Assembly (NCBI RefSeq): GCF_032191835.1
Contig: NC_083227.1
Coordinates: forward strand, 18,972,001-19,036,000
Direction of reading: 5' to 3'
Length of the DNA stretch: 64,000 bases
From: Heteronotia binoei
Taxonomy: Eukaryota
The translations under genes and the position numbers were made by a program. The notes beneath the pieces were generated by a model that saw only the letters and a program-made list of their open reading frames with translations, was not told the origin of the DNA and did no database searches. Below, one piece after another: positions 1 through 11,285 of this stretch (position 1 is the first letter of the stretch; the number at the start of each line of letters is the position of its first letter).

Positions 1-274
1 TGTTTCCTCTTATGCCTGATCAGGCTGGACCCATCGCTGAAGCTGTTTCCGCACTCGGAGCACCGGAATGGCTTTTCTCCCGTATGGATCCTTTCGTGGG
101 TGCGAAGGTTGGATCTTTTCATGAAGCTTTTTGCACAGCACGAGCATTTGTGAGGCTTCTCTGCTGCATTCTGCGTTTCTTGTTTGATAAGATTCGGGTT
201 AACGCTGATGCTTTTCCCAAACCCTGAGTAATATGGCATTTGTCCCACGTGGATTCTTTCACGGCCATCTCCTG
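1..274 (-). CDS. Gene A last exon (partial): C2H2 zinc-finger array, continues past window edge
   Basis: Minus strand reads ttccag|CA GGA GAT (phase 1), then [96 protein letters not shown] acceptor at 272-276. Confidence 0.9.
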
Positions 275-875
275 CTGGAAGAAACAGAGAGCCAGGGCAT
301 TATATGCAAGTCTTTACCAGCTCGTTGTCAATCAAAAACAAATTCAGTCAAAAACTAGTAGGAAGAATTTAGTGTAGGGATCTCTGAGTTTGTTCAGTCT
401 TTGAGTAAGTCTCACAAAACTTTAGGAAGATGCATGCATGGAATCTCCTACTGTTTCTCTGCAGACATTGCCCTAGGAACAGGATACACAACTAGAGGTC
501 TGGGGCCAAATTCAGCTCCAGTGTCTTTCCATCTGGCCCCAGACATTGCCCCTGTTCCTAAAAATTCTCTCACACACTATTGTGCTCCTCAGATGCTTTC
601 TTCCAAGTCAGGAGGAAGGCAAAGGGTTCTTCAACCGCACTCTCCCCAAGAGATAGATCAAGATGGGTAGACACGTTTGTAAGCGCCAGAACAGTTTTAT
701 TGCTGCCAGATACATTTAATGTAACTTAAATTATGTATTTTAACTCAATTAACTGGTTTTTATGTTTAATTTTTTAACTGTTAAATTTAAAGTTTTACCT
801 ATTTATGTTAATGTATGGAATGTTGTTAGCCGCCCTGAGCCGCCTTGGCGGGGAGGGCGGGATACAAATAAAATC

Positions 876-905
876 TATTACTATTATTATTATTATTATT
901 ATTAT
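876..905. repeat. (TTA)n microsatellite at the tail of an L2-like 3' end fragment (~790-905)
   Basis: Direct TTA/ATT tandem repeat preceded by agccgccctgagc...ggagggcgggatacaaataaaa, typical of squamate L2 3' ends. Confidence 0.75.
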
Positions 906-2721
906 AGTCTGTCTGTACCAGTGGAAAAGAGCAAAAGTCCATTTTGGGTGGTGGGCAGGGGAGCCGGGTTGGTGGTGGTGGTGGAGAGAGAGCTTGATCG
1001 CTGGCCTCCCATGAAAAGAAGGTGGGGAGCAGCATTCCACCCTCTCATTGGCAACAGCTGGGGCAGAGCTCATGACTGAGGGAGAATGACCCCGCACTGC
1101 CCCTCCATAGCTACAGGCCTGGCATGAACAGGAACGAGAGGCCTTCCTCAGGCTATTCTGGTAATCACTGCATGAGCTTCCAACCGAGAAGCAAATGACA
1201 GGCTTAAAGATGGGCCCTGCTGTGATCCAATGCTGTTCACTTCTGCGATGATAAGAAGAGGTTGCCTTTTTCAGACCTACATCTGAATTCCTCCCTCAAA
1301 ATGGCTTCCACAGGTAGGGCTGACCTGCCCACTAGGCAAATTAGGCATTTGCCTAGGATGCCAGGAGAGGGGGGGGTGAATTGGGCTCTCCCCCCCTCCC
1401 AGCACCCAAGACAAAGGCCTAATTGCTGCAGTCACTGGCTCATGGCGGCAATTAGGCGGCCGTGGACAGCAGGCAGGCCACCCCCCACCAGTGCACTCAG
1501 AGGAGTGACGCCCTTCCTGTTCTGGAAGGGAGGGGTGCGCGAAGCCTCTTCCTGCTCTCTATTAAGAGAATGGTCTACTGTGATGCCCGCTGAAGCGGGT
1601 AAGGACGAGTCTAACGTCGTTTCTCCACAGAGAAGAGGGGATGGCCCAGGGGTGCCACTGCAAAGGGGGGCACGCAGGCAGTAAGTCCACCTGGGGCACC
1701 ACGCACCCTAGGGCCAGCCCTGTCCAGAGGCTAAAGAACACCACACAAACATTACATCACAATAGCAAATAACAGGACTTCAAAGTTCTGTGCCCATCAG
1801 GAGGGTAGTGAAATGGGGCTGCCCACAGAATTCTCTGAGGATTCCTCAGGAATGAATAAAAACATTTGATTTTTTTTTAAAAGAAAATATCTATCAACAG
1901 TTATTGGACATGGCAACCAAACAGAACTTCCAAGTTCAGAGACAGTATATCAGCCAGCCTGTGTAGAGTAGAGTGTAGAGTAGAGAGTAGTGGTAAAGTA
2001 TCATTCAAGGATCTGGGTGACCTGGGTTCAAATTTCTGTCTGCCATGCAAGCTTGCTGGGTGGGCTTGAGATAATCTCACACTCTTAAATCTAACCTACC
2101 TCACAGGGTTGTTGTGAAGATAAAAAGAAGAGCAGGAGAACTGTGTATGCTGCCCTGAGATACAGTACCAGTTATTGGAAACAAACCACAGAGAAAAGCT
2201 TCAGGCCCATTAACTTCAGCTTATTAACTAGAATTTCATTCTATGCTTCCGGGGGGGGGGGGGGGGGAGGGCATAGTTTCCCACATCATCATCATCATCA
2301 TCATAATAATTTTTTTTAATTTATATCCTGCCCTCCCCGCCGAAGCAGGCTCAGGGCACACAAACAAACTTTATCCCCATAACAATCCTGTCAGGTAGAT
2401 TAGGCTGGGAGATAGTGACTAGCCCATATGACACACGAAATACAATTCTGTGGATGTTTACTCAGAACCAAGATCCTCTTGTGTTCAGTGGAACTACACC
2501 AGTAAGTCTACATAGGACTCCAACTTCTGTGAACTCTGTAGAAGAGTGGGAATTTGGACTGGGTCTCCCCACTTGTGGTCCAGCATTCCTACCACTGCCC
2601 CATATGGAACACCAGTGAAAACAATGTGAGGAGTTGGAGACTAGACAGACCCTTGGCTTGATCCAATCTCTGCTATTCTTTTACTTGTCAAAATGGTGCT
2701 AGTCCCTGTGATCTCTCTTAC

Positions 2722-2823
2722 CTGAGAGAGCCTCGTGGAGTATTTTGCTTCCCTCTGATCCTTGGCGATACGGAACGCATGGCTCCTCTTCTTCCTCCAG
2801 CTTCACAATCACATCAGGAAGCT
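2722..2823 (-). CDS. Gene A KRAB-B-like exon 3 (102 nt, phase 1-1)
   Basis: cctctcctcag|AG ... TCA G|gtaaga; encodes (E)LPDVIVKLEEEEEPCVPYRQGSEGSKILHEALS(G), open frame. Confidence 0.8.
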
Positions 2824-2887
2824 CTGAGGAGAGGACAGATAAAATATTCCAGCTGCAGGGGAAACAGTTTCAGTGCAAACCCTAAAC

Positions 2888-3458
2888 AAGGGGTGTCAAA
2901 CTCATTTATTATGAGGGAGGGATCTGACATAAATGAGACCTTGTTGGGCCAGGCCATGTGTATTCCTATTTAAGATTAGGTAGCAGAGATAGAAACTTTA
3001 TAAAGGACATAGACAAACACAATTAAGATTTCTTTAAAACTACTTAAGATAAAACATGCTTAAAACATTAGCACTCGTTGGTCTTAAAGGTGTTTTCTTT
3101 GTATTTCTCCTATGGGATCCAGGGAACTGGCCAAAGGAAGCTTTGGCTCTTTCTTTCTTTCCCCAGGGGACTAGGAGAGGGAGGAGCCTCAGCCAACAGA
3201 AGGAAGCGGGGCTTGCCTCAGTAGCTCTATTGTGCCATTGAGAGAGCCTGGCAAAGCAAACTTTGCCTCCCCCCAAGGGAGGAACCTCAGCCAATGGAGA
3301 AAATAGAGGTTTTGCTCTGTAGCTCCTGTGTGATTGAGCAAGCCTGGCAAAGCAAGCTGTGATGCAGAAGGCAGCAAGAGAGAGGGAGAAAGAAGCAGAT
3401 GACAGCCAGTCACTCGGGGGCCTGATACGACCCTCGGGCCGCATGTTTGACACCCCTG
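2888..3458. mobile_element. Non-autonomous hAT-type DNA transposon (MITE), CAGGGGTGTCAAAC TIR family
   Basis: Termini aaggggtgtcaaac / gtttgacacccctg; 8-bp TSD ccctaaac (2880-2887) vs ccctaaaa (3459-3466); homologous copies at 8297 and 60457. Confidence 0.85.
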
Positions 3459-3984
3459 CCCTAAAATGTGTCCTGATGGGCTCAAGACCCAGTCTCTGTA
3501 TCATGCCTCCCAGGTGACAAAGTCCAGCTCTGACCATTTTGAATGTTAAGGGTCTGTCCCAAAAAGCCAAGGAAGACTGGAGGGGTGGGACGTCCACCTG
3601 CCAGGGAAGGAGATCCAGCTGGTTTATCTGGTGTCTAATTCTGATTCTCTGTCTCTCTCCACCTTGTTATCTTTAGCAGTTGGGAGTGGAAGAAAGAACA
3701 GAATATAAATGGCTGAGAAGGACTACTAGTGATCAAAAGGAAATCTTATAAACTTTTTGGTGATGGCTTTAAAAAAAAGGCATCGGGCAAATATTATTTA
3801 ATAAAAAACAACAAAAGAGAAAAGCCCAACTGGAAGCTTCTTTGTCATGAGAAGAAGCCCTGCCAGATTCCTGTCAGGGAACAGGCTTTTGAGTTTTGGA
3901 CAGGGGCAGCTGGACTCTTTCTCACAAGGAAAGTTTAGCTCGGCTCTAGGAGTCTCTGTCCCCATGTTTTTTATGTTCCCTCAC

Positions 3985-4086
3985 CTGACCCATAGTCCGT
4001 TGGGATCTCCCTTTCCTCTGAAACAGGCTCTGGAATCCATGGATCTCCTCCATGGACCACCTCAGATTTGGGAATGGCAAATCCTG
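3985..4086 (-). CDS. Gene A KRAB-B-like exon 2 (102 nt, phase 1-1)
   Basis: ccttccttcag|CA GGA TTT ... TCA G|gtgagg; encodes (A)GFAIPKSEVVHGGDPWIPEPVSEEREIPTDYGS(G). Confidence 0.8.
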
Positions 4087-5703
4087 CTGAAGGAAGGAAG
4101 GAAGCAGACTTGATCAAAAGGAATTTGGTCCAATACCTGTCGCATCTTAATCATGCTCTGATTCTAGAACAGATGGAGCTATCTCTGGGTTGGAAACAGA
4201 ACTAATCACCAGATTGTACAAAGAGTTTGTGGAAAGGTTAGAGGAAAACCATCTCCCAAGACTTGTGAGAACCAATGGTTAGACTGTCAGACCTGAGTTC
4301 AAATCCTCACTTGGCCATGAAGTTCACTGAGTATCCATGGCCCAGTCACTCCCACTTAGCCTAACAACCTCACAGAGCTGTTGGAGGGGTAGAGAAACAG
4401 GTATGTTGTTGTAAATTCCAGTCATGATCCTAGGCTTAGTGAGGCCTACAGACTCTAGGGAAGCCTATATTAAATAAATAATAAGGGGCTGGAGCAAACT
4501 GCTTGCCCTCCTTTAATTGCACTGACTCTGAATTCTAGGCTTCAGGAGTTTCCTAGGATCCCTTCTGACCCTCTGATTGGGTGCGCAGCAGTTTTGGAGG
4601 GAAAACGAGGCCAGAGGGGTGGGACCTGGAAGGAAGGAAATTAAAGGCCCAGTTAGAGAGGGAGGGTTGTTCTCTCTGGAGGAAGGCTGCAGTCATGAGA
4701 GTTCCCTCATCCAAAGGGTGATGAATCAGTTGGAATTAGAGGAAGGGAACATATAGTTAATTGCTTTGGGGCTTTTTATTTATCTGATAACCAAGTGACT
4801 AGTCCCTATTGAAGGCATGAAAGCACATTCACAATGGGCTTCCTGATAGGGAGGGAAGGAGGACTGCATTTCATTTGGTTAATTAACAGAATATTCCCCC
4901 CAAGAAACCTTGATGAGGAATGGACTTTCCAGGAGTCAGTCATGGAAAGTGGAGAGCAATTCAGAGTCAGTGCAATTAAAGGAGGGCAAGCGGTTTGCTC
5001 CAGCCCCTTATTATTGACTACCTTTATAGTCCGCTTTTATAGCTGAGACTGAGGGCGGATCACACAACTAAAACACGATGCAATAAACATGGCTTGATAC
5101 AAATAAGCAACGTAATAAAACCAGATCACAAAATTTAAAAACAATGCAATTGTTCTATATAGTATAATAGATTCAAATAATGCAGAACACCCAGTGATAA
5201 ATTCAGAGAACACAAACACACCAGGGAAATGGTGGTAGAAAGTGCCATCAAGTTATAGTTGACTTATGGCTACTCTCTAGGATTTTCAAGGCAAGAGACG
5301 CTTAGAGGTGATTTCCCATTGCCTGCCTCTAATGGCATAGTAAATACAACAACTGGTGCAATTAAACAGGATTACAAAACCAAATCCTGAGAAGATGTAA
5401 TTAAGAGCATCGGAAACCTGCTGGGCTTGTTTTCTATAATTTTTTTTAATGTGGATCATTCAGAACAGAAAGCCACTCCCTGCAAAATGCTGTACTACAG
5501 TCCAGTCCACCTCTGCATGCTACCAATATTAGAAAACCAGGCAGTTCCTTAAGTTTTGTTGTCCAACAGTCCAGCCTTGAGAATGTTCAGAGTCAATGAG
5601 CAAAGGCTGATTTATCATGCAGTTGACACCTTGAAAGGTTAAAAAGAAGAGGAGACTCAGCATATTCATCTGTGCATCACAATTTACTGGAGCCAGCCCT
5701 CAC

Positions 5704-5805
5704 CTGAGCAGGTACCAGTGAAGGTCTCGCTTTCCTCCGATCCCTGGTTGTTTGGCAGCCAGGGGACCTCTTCATCTTCGAGCTTTATCACCACATGGGG
5801 AAAGT
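5704..5805 (-). CDS. Gene A KRAB-B-like exon 1 (102 nt, phase 1-1)
   Basis: ttctcctgatcag|AC TTT ... TCA G|gtgagg; encodes FPHVVIKLEDEEVPWLPNNQGSEESETFTGTCS(G). Confidence 0.8.
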
Positions 5806-5937
5806 CTGATCAGGAGAAGGCAACAATGTTTGAGAAATAAGGCACTGAGAAATTGCATTTTGTTGTTGTTTGCACTGTAAGCAGCCTTAAATTCCTAATA
5901 AGATAGAGAGGCATCTAATAAATGTCTTAAATAAAGT

Positions 5938-6505
5938 TGGGTAGTTGTGTTAGTCTGTCCTTAGCAGTAGGAAAGAGCAAGAGTCCGGTAGCACCGTAAA
6001 GACTAGCAAAATTTGTGGCAGGGGAGGAACTTTTGTGAGTCACTGCTCAGTTCTTCAGTTTTACAGTGTAACTGAGAAAATAGTTCTCCGTTTAACCCAG
6101 ACTTTAAGAGCCAGAGAGCAATTAACAGACTGCTTTTATTGCCCTGTAACACCTTCTTCAATTCTGACATGTTAACTGTCACTTTTGTTTTCCTATGCAG
6201 GAGCTATCCAGACCAAATGCCCTTTCAATTTGCTAATTTCACTGTTTTGCTACTGGATTATAACTTTGTGCCATTTTGCATGCTTAACCACTGCCCACCA
6301 GCTGTATGTAACTCTGCTCACTGCACACCATTCCTTCATCTGATGAAGTGTGCATGCACACGAAAGCTTACATTCTGAATAAAACATGGTTGGTCTTAAA
6401 GTGCTACTGGACTCCTGCTTTGTTCTAGCAACTCACTAAAGTTCATCTCCTGTCATAAAATTTGATAGTCTTTCAGGTGTTACTGGATTGTTTTCCTTTT
6501 CTACT
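5938..6505. mobile_element. Penelope-like element terminal fragments (inverted plus direct 3' ends)
   Basis: Reptile Penelope terminal motif (ctgatgaagtg...cacgaaagcttac...aataaaa...ttggtcttaaagtgctactggactc) at ~6335-6430, with an inverted copy at 5938-6060. Confidence 0.6.
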
Positions 6506-6606
6506 GTTAAATAAATAAATGATAAAATATATAACAATCTCCTGCAGTTAAGGGAAGACCCCACCCACCCCCGCTTGCACAAACCCATCTCTGCAAAGGT
6601 CTAAAC

Positions 6607-6980
6607 TGTGGGGCTCACGCGCTTGAGCCCTCAGACCCCACAAAGCCTGAAGACAGAAATGTGGGTGGATCACGCATTTGGCATATCAGCCTGAGCCGCC
6701 CACATTGTGTCTGAAAGGCTAAAAGGGCGCAGACATCTTACACTCGTATTCTCGCTTCCTTTTGCTGACACATGTATTCTTGATAAATTGCTGGCTGTAT
6801 CGAATCTTGGAGGCTATGAAGACATAACCTCATGCTTTTGAACAAAAGCTTCCTGTTTCATTAACTGCCTGATTATTATTAGCATCCGCTAGAGATGTAT
6901 AAATAAAACGAGGACTTGCAGAGAGCAAGCAAGCTTTCCTCACTTCCTCAATACACGTGTCGGGAGTCTTCATTCCTACA
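6607..6980 (+). mobile_element. Solo LTR candidate, 374 bp, 6-bp TSD
   Basis: Starts TGTGGGG, ends TTCCTACA; flanked by perfect ctaaac at 6601-6606 and 6981-6986; TATAAATAAAA at 6898-6908 and AATACA at 6950-6955. Confidence 0.75.
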
Positions 6981-7400
6981 CTAAACACACGGGCAAAAAC
7001 TAGAAGAGCTCTGCATAAGATTACACTTTAAGATCCAAAGTTTTCATATTATTTTCATTAACATTCCAGCAAATGGCACCATTAACTCAGCCTCTAAAAC
7101 CTCCCCTGGGGTATCAGGACTTTTAGGAGAGAGGTTTCTCTATTCCTGGAATTTCTACATGACAAAATTAAAACGCGTGGGGGGCGGGGTGGGGGGGAAC
7201 AGGATGTCGAGCAGGTATAGCACTGCTCTGTGAACACAAGCAGGATGTACCCTGAGAACTCCAGTCAGGCCACATGACACTGTGAGAATAATTTTGCCTT
7301 CCCTACCCCAATATTGTCCGTGACTATGGCATTTTATTTTCTCATCCACCATCTCTATATGCCAATTTCAATTCCAAAACTACAAGACAAGAATCCTTAC

Positions 7401-7535
7401 TCAAAGAAGCCATGTTGCTGCAATTCTCCTGTTGGTACAAAACCCACTTGAAAATTCATGGGTTGGTATTCAGCACCTCTTACTCCTTAATTTATGGAAC
7501 GCCCTGCCACATCCTCCAAATCTGACTGGGCAGGC
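7401..7535 (-). pseudogene. Degenerate KRAB-A exon of gene A (frameshifted, stops in all frames); possible start ATG at 7413
   Basis: tttctttctttctag acceptor, PVRF(+1)EDVA at the start and QENCSNMASL|gtaagg at the end. 135 nt versus 127 nt for the intact exon of gene D. Confidence 0.7.
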
Positions 7536-7871
7536 CTAGAAAGAAAGAAAGAAAATGCATCTTATCCACTTCTGTTAGTGAAGACATATAGTTTTATTTT
7601 TAATCTACAAAGTGATCTGGGTTTTGCACTTGAGACCACAACATCCTGGAGGAATGAATGGTCATCACACCAGATTTACAAAGGAGGAAACCGAAGTGCT
7701 GATGCTATCTGATCATTGGCTCATCTTGCCAGGTATTTCTATTCTGACAAGCGGTAGTTCTCAAGAAGAACCCTTTTTCCATAGCATTAACTGGAGAAAG
7801 GAGGGATTGAATTTGGGAATGTTCAGTGTGGAGAAAATGAGGTTGAAGGAGGGGAGGACATGACTGCTCTG

Positions 7872-8142
7872 TTTGGTGTAGTGGTTAAGTGCGCGGACTC
7901 TTATCTGGGAAAACCAGGTTTGATTCATCACTCCTCCACTTACAGCTGCTGGAATGGCCTTGGGTCAGCCATAGCTATCATAGGAGTTGTCCTTGAAAGG
8001 GCAGCCACTGTGAGAGCCCTCTCAGCCCTACTCATCTCACAGGAGGTCTGTTGTGGGGGGAGAAGATATAGGAGATCATAAGCGGCTCTGAGTCTCTGAT
8101 TCAGAGAGAAGGGCGGGGTATAAATCTGCAGTCTTCTTCTTC
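7872..8142 (+). mobile_element. tRNA-derived squamate SINE (Squam3-like)
   Basis: tttggtgtagtggttaagtgcgcggactc head, conserved body, (TTC)n tail. Near-identical copies at ~28915-29180 (+), 31266-31542 (+), 43500-43775 (-), 43850-44060 (-), 46715-46990 (-). Confidence 0.7.
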
Positions 8143-8296
8143 TCTCTTTAAGTATGTGAAAAGCTGCGGGCAGGGAGATGTTCCTGCTGGTGGCAGAGGT
8201 GGGACTTGCAATAATGGAGTAGTTCAGCAGTGGAATCAGCTGCCTAGGAAGGTGGTGAGCTCCCCCTCACCGGTAGTCTTCAAGCAGTGGCTAGAG

Positions 8297-8759
8297 TGGG
8301 GGTGTCGAACTCATTTGTTATGAGGACGGATCTGTTATAAACGAGACCTTGTCGGGCTGGGCTATGTGTGTATCTATTTAATATTAGGTAGCAGAGATAT
8401 AAACTTTTAAAAGGACACAGACAAAAACAACTAAAAAAAACATGCTTAAAACATTAGTACTTCTTGGTCTTAAAGGTGCTTTCTTTTATTTCTCCCATGG
8501 GATCCAAGGAACTGGGCAAAGGAAGCTCTGGCTCTTTCCTTCCTTCCCCAGGAAGGGGAGGAGCCTCAACCAATGCAGAAAATTGTGGTTTTGCTCAGTA
8601 GCTCCTGTGCGATTGAGCAAGCCTTGCAAAGCAAGCTGAGATGCAAAAGGAAGCAAGAGAGAGGGAGAAGGAAGCAGACAAGAGCCAGTTGCTCGAGGGC
8701 CTGATAAGAGCCCTCTGGGGGCCTGATTCAGTCCCCAGGCCACATGTTTGACACCCCTG
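8297..8759. mobile_element. hAT MITE (CAGGGGTGTCAAAC family) inserted in a CR1 3' fragment
   Basis: Perfect 8-bp TSD ggctagag at 8289-8296 and 8760-8767; CR1-like sequence resumes on both sides. Confidence 0.85.
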
Positions 8760-9316
8760 GGCTAGAGGAACTCTGGTCAGGGATGCTTTAGGTTGATTCT
8801 TCATTGAGCAGGGGTTTACAACTCATGGCCTGTAATGGCTCCTTCCAACACTATGATTCCATCATTGTATGAACCTGGGACCTTTCATTAGCAAACCCCA
8901 TACTGTACCATGGAGCGCTGGTCTTGGGAAGCTTGGGCCAGGCCTGGTTTCCCTTCCTTGCTTCTCAGCACTGGTAACAGGATGATCAGGTGCAAAGACA
9001 GAGAGGGCTCTTGTGTCTTTCATAAGGCAATTTCTGTAGGGGCCAACTTTCTCTGCAGGGTTTCAGGAAGGCTTGCCTTCTCAGCACCATTACTTTTTAA
9101 AATTGGAGATGCTACCTATGGATATGAGAACCCTGGCATCCACAGCTGGTGTTCTGACCACTGGGTTATGGGTCCTTTCAAAGCTGCTGCCACCAAGAGT
9201 GCCAGATGTTGGGTTGGTAGGGGCACTTGAGCAGAGAGCCTTTAATAGCCCTCATAGCACTGGGAATATGAATCTAGCCTTCATCGCTGTTGCTCTACAA
9301 CACAGGAGAAAATATA

Positions 9317-9945
9317 GCATTTGAGAAGGTGCAGAAAAGGGCAACTAAAATGATTATGCGGACGAAAACCTTCCCTATGAAGAAAGGTTAAAGAGGTTAG
9401 GGCTCTTTAGCTTGGAGAAATGATGATTGTGGGATGACATGATAGAGGTTTACAAAATTATGAATGAGACAAAAGAAGTACTTTTCTGACTTTCTCACAA
9501 TACAAGAAGTTGTGACACTCAATGAAATTGATGTAGACTTGGAACAGATAAAAGGAAGTACTTCTTCATCTAAAGAGTAATTAATACATGGAATTCCACT
9601 ACACAGGAAGTAGTGGCAGCTACAATTATAGACAGCTTCAAGAGGGGATTGGATCAACATATGGAGAAGATATCCATCAGTGGCTATTAGCCACAAGGTC
9701 TACTGGAACCCTCTGTTTGGGGCAGTGATGCTCTGTATTCTTGGTGCTTCAGGGCTACAGTGGGAGTTTCTAGTGTTCTGGCCCCACTGTTGGGCCTCCT
9801 GATGGCACCTGGATTGTTCAAGACCTTGGGATGTCAGGTTCAAGATTAAAGGATGTCAGAAACAGATGGCATCTGGATTTTGGTCATGGGGTGACACAGT
9901 GTGTTGGACTGCATGGGTCACTGCTCTAATCCAACATGGCTTCTC
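9317..9945 (+). mobile_element. CR1 LINE 3' fragment, family B (tail ggcttctcttatgttc)
   Basis: Decayed RT C-terminus (gagaaggtgcagaaaagggcaac..., ccctatgaagaaaggttaaag) and 3' UTR shared with 11990-12725 and 18601-19012. Confidence 0.8.
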
Positions 9946-10957
9946 ATACTATAGAGCTGGAAAGGACCTCCAGGGTCCTTGAGTCCAACCCCCTGCACAA
10001 TGCAGGGAATTCAAAAGTACCTCCCCCCCCCATCCCCAATGACCCCGTTCCATATCCAGAAGATGCCAACCCCCCCCAAAAAAACCCTCCAGGATCCTTG
10101 GCCAAACTGGCCAAGAAAAAAATTGCTGCCTGACCCCAAAGAGGTGATCAGCATCTCCTTGGGCAAGTAAGAAAGGGCCCTGAGAACTAAGCCCTGATGC
10201 AACCCTTCCTGCCCTCTTCCTTCTCATGATCTGCCTAAGTTCGCAGAATCAGCATTTCTGTCAGATGGCCATCTAACCTCTCTTTTAAAAACTTCAAAGA
10301 AGGAGAGACCACCACCTTCTGAGGAAGCCTGTTTCACTGAAGAACCCCTCTGTCAGGAAGTTCTTCCTAATGTTTAGCTGGAAACTCTTCCATTGGTTCT
10401 GGTCCAACCTTCTGGGGCCATAGAAAGAAAAAAGTTCCACTCCATCCTCTACATGACAAAGTACTCGAAGATGGTGACCATATCACCTCTCAGTCATCTC
10501 CTCTCCAGGCTAAACATACCCAGCTCCTTCACCCTTTCCTCATAGGACCTTCTCTCATCACGTTCCAGCTTATCTATATCCTTATTAAATTGTGGTGCCC
10601 CAAACTGAACAAAATACTCTAGGTGAGGTCCAACCAGAGCAGAGTAAAGCAATACCATCATTTTGCATGATCTGGACACTATACGTCTGTTGATGTGGCC
10701 CAAAATTGCATTTGCCTTTTTTAGCTACCACGTCACCCTGCTAACTCATGTCTATGAAGAACCCTACGTCCTTTTCGCACGTAGTGCCACCAAGACAAGT
10801 CTCCCCCATCCTGTAATTATGCGTCTGATATTTTTCCTAGGCAGAACTTTACACTTATCCCTGTTAAAATTCATTTTATTGGTTTTAGCCCTGTTTTCCA
10901 GTCGGTCAAGATCACCCTGTACTGTGACTCTGTCTTCTACTGTATTTGTGACCCCTC
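9946..10957 (-). mobile_element. CR1 LINE 3' fragment, family A
   Basis: Minus ORF remnant GHINRRIVSRSCKMMVLLYSALVGPHLEYFVQFGAPQFNKDIDKLER; 3' UTR shared with 26872-27710. Confidence 0.85.
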
Positions 10958-11285
10958 CTTCTCTTATGTTCCTATTTTCTCTCTTGTTCTTAAGACAGTA
11001 TTCTAGCTCAAGGGTACACAGCCCTTGGCACGTGCTGACAGCAGCTCACTGAGCCATTTTCCTTTAGCACCCAGAACCAGATTTCTGACCAAACAACTCA
11101 GGGCCAGCCATTGTGAGAGAAGGCAACAGCACATCATATGCCCATGATCTCCTCCCAAACCTGCACACCCACCAGCTGAGACCAAGATGAATCTCTGAGA
11201 TGTTTGCAGTCTTCCTGGAGGCCTGGCCAAATACAATCCCACCCCCCTCTCATTTGGTTTGCCAGCACACAAAATATCTTCACAG

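Noticed and set aside
762-1097. ORFs with poly-Tyr/Ile/Asn runs
   Set aside because: They are translations of the (TTA)n microsatellite and adjacent repeat sequence.
1262-1320. Plus-strand exon-like segment ttttcag...aaaATGGCTTCCACAG|gtaggg (MAST)
   Set aside because: It is antisense to gene A, no downstream partner exons were found, and the donor overlaps a probable MITE terminus.
3040-3597. 185-aa minus ORF and similar ORFs at 8442-8804 and 60550-61098
   Set aside because: They lie within copies of the same non-autonomous hAT MITE and show no transposase motifs.
3600-3700. Possible additional gene A exon (DNKVERDRESELDTR*)
   Set aside because: Early stop in the required phase and a weak acceptor; not supportable.
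7872-7950. tRNA-like sequences at the heads of many repeats (also 19809, 49098)
   Set aside because: They are SINE heads followed by family-specific bodies, with no complete cloverleaf.
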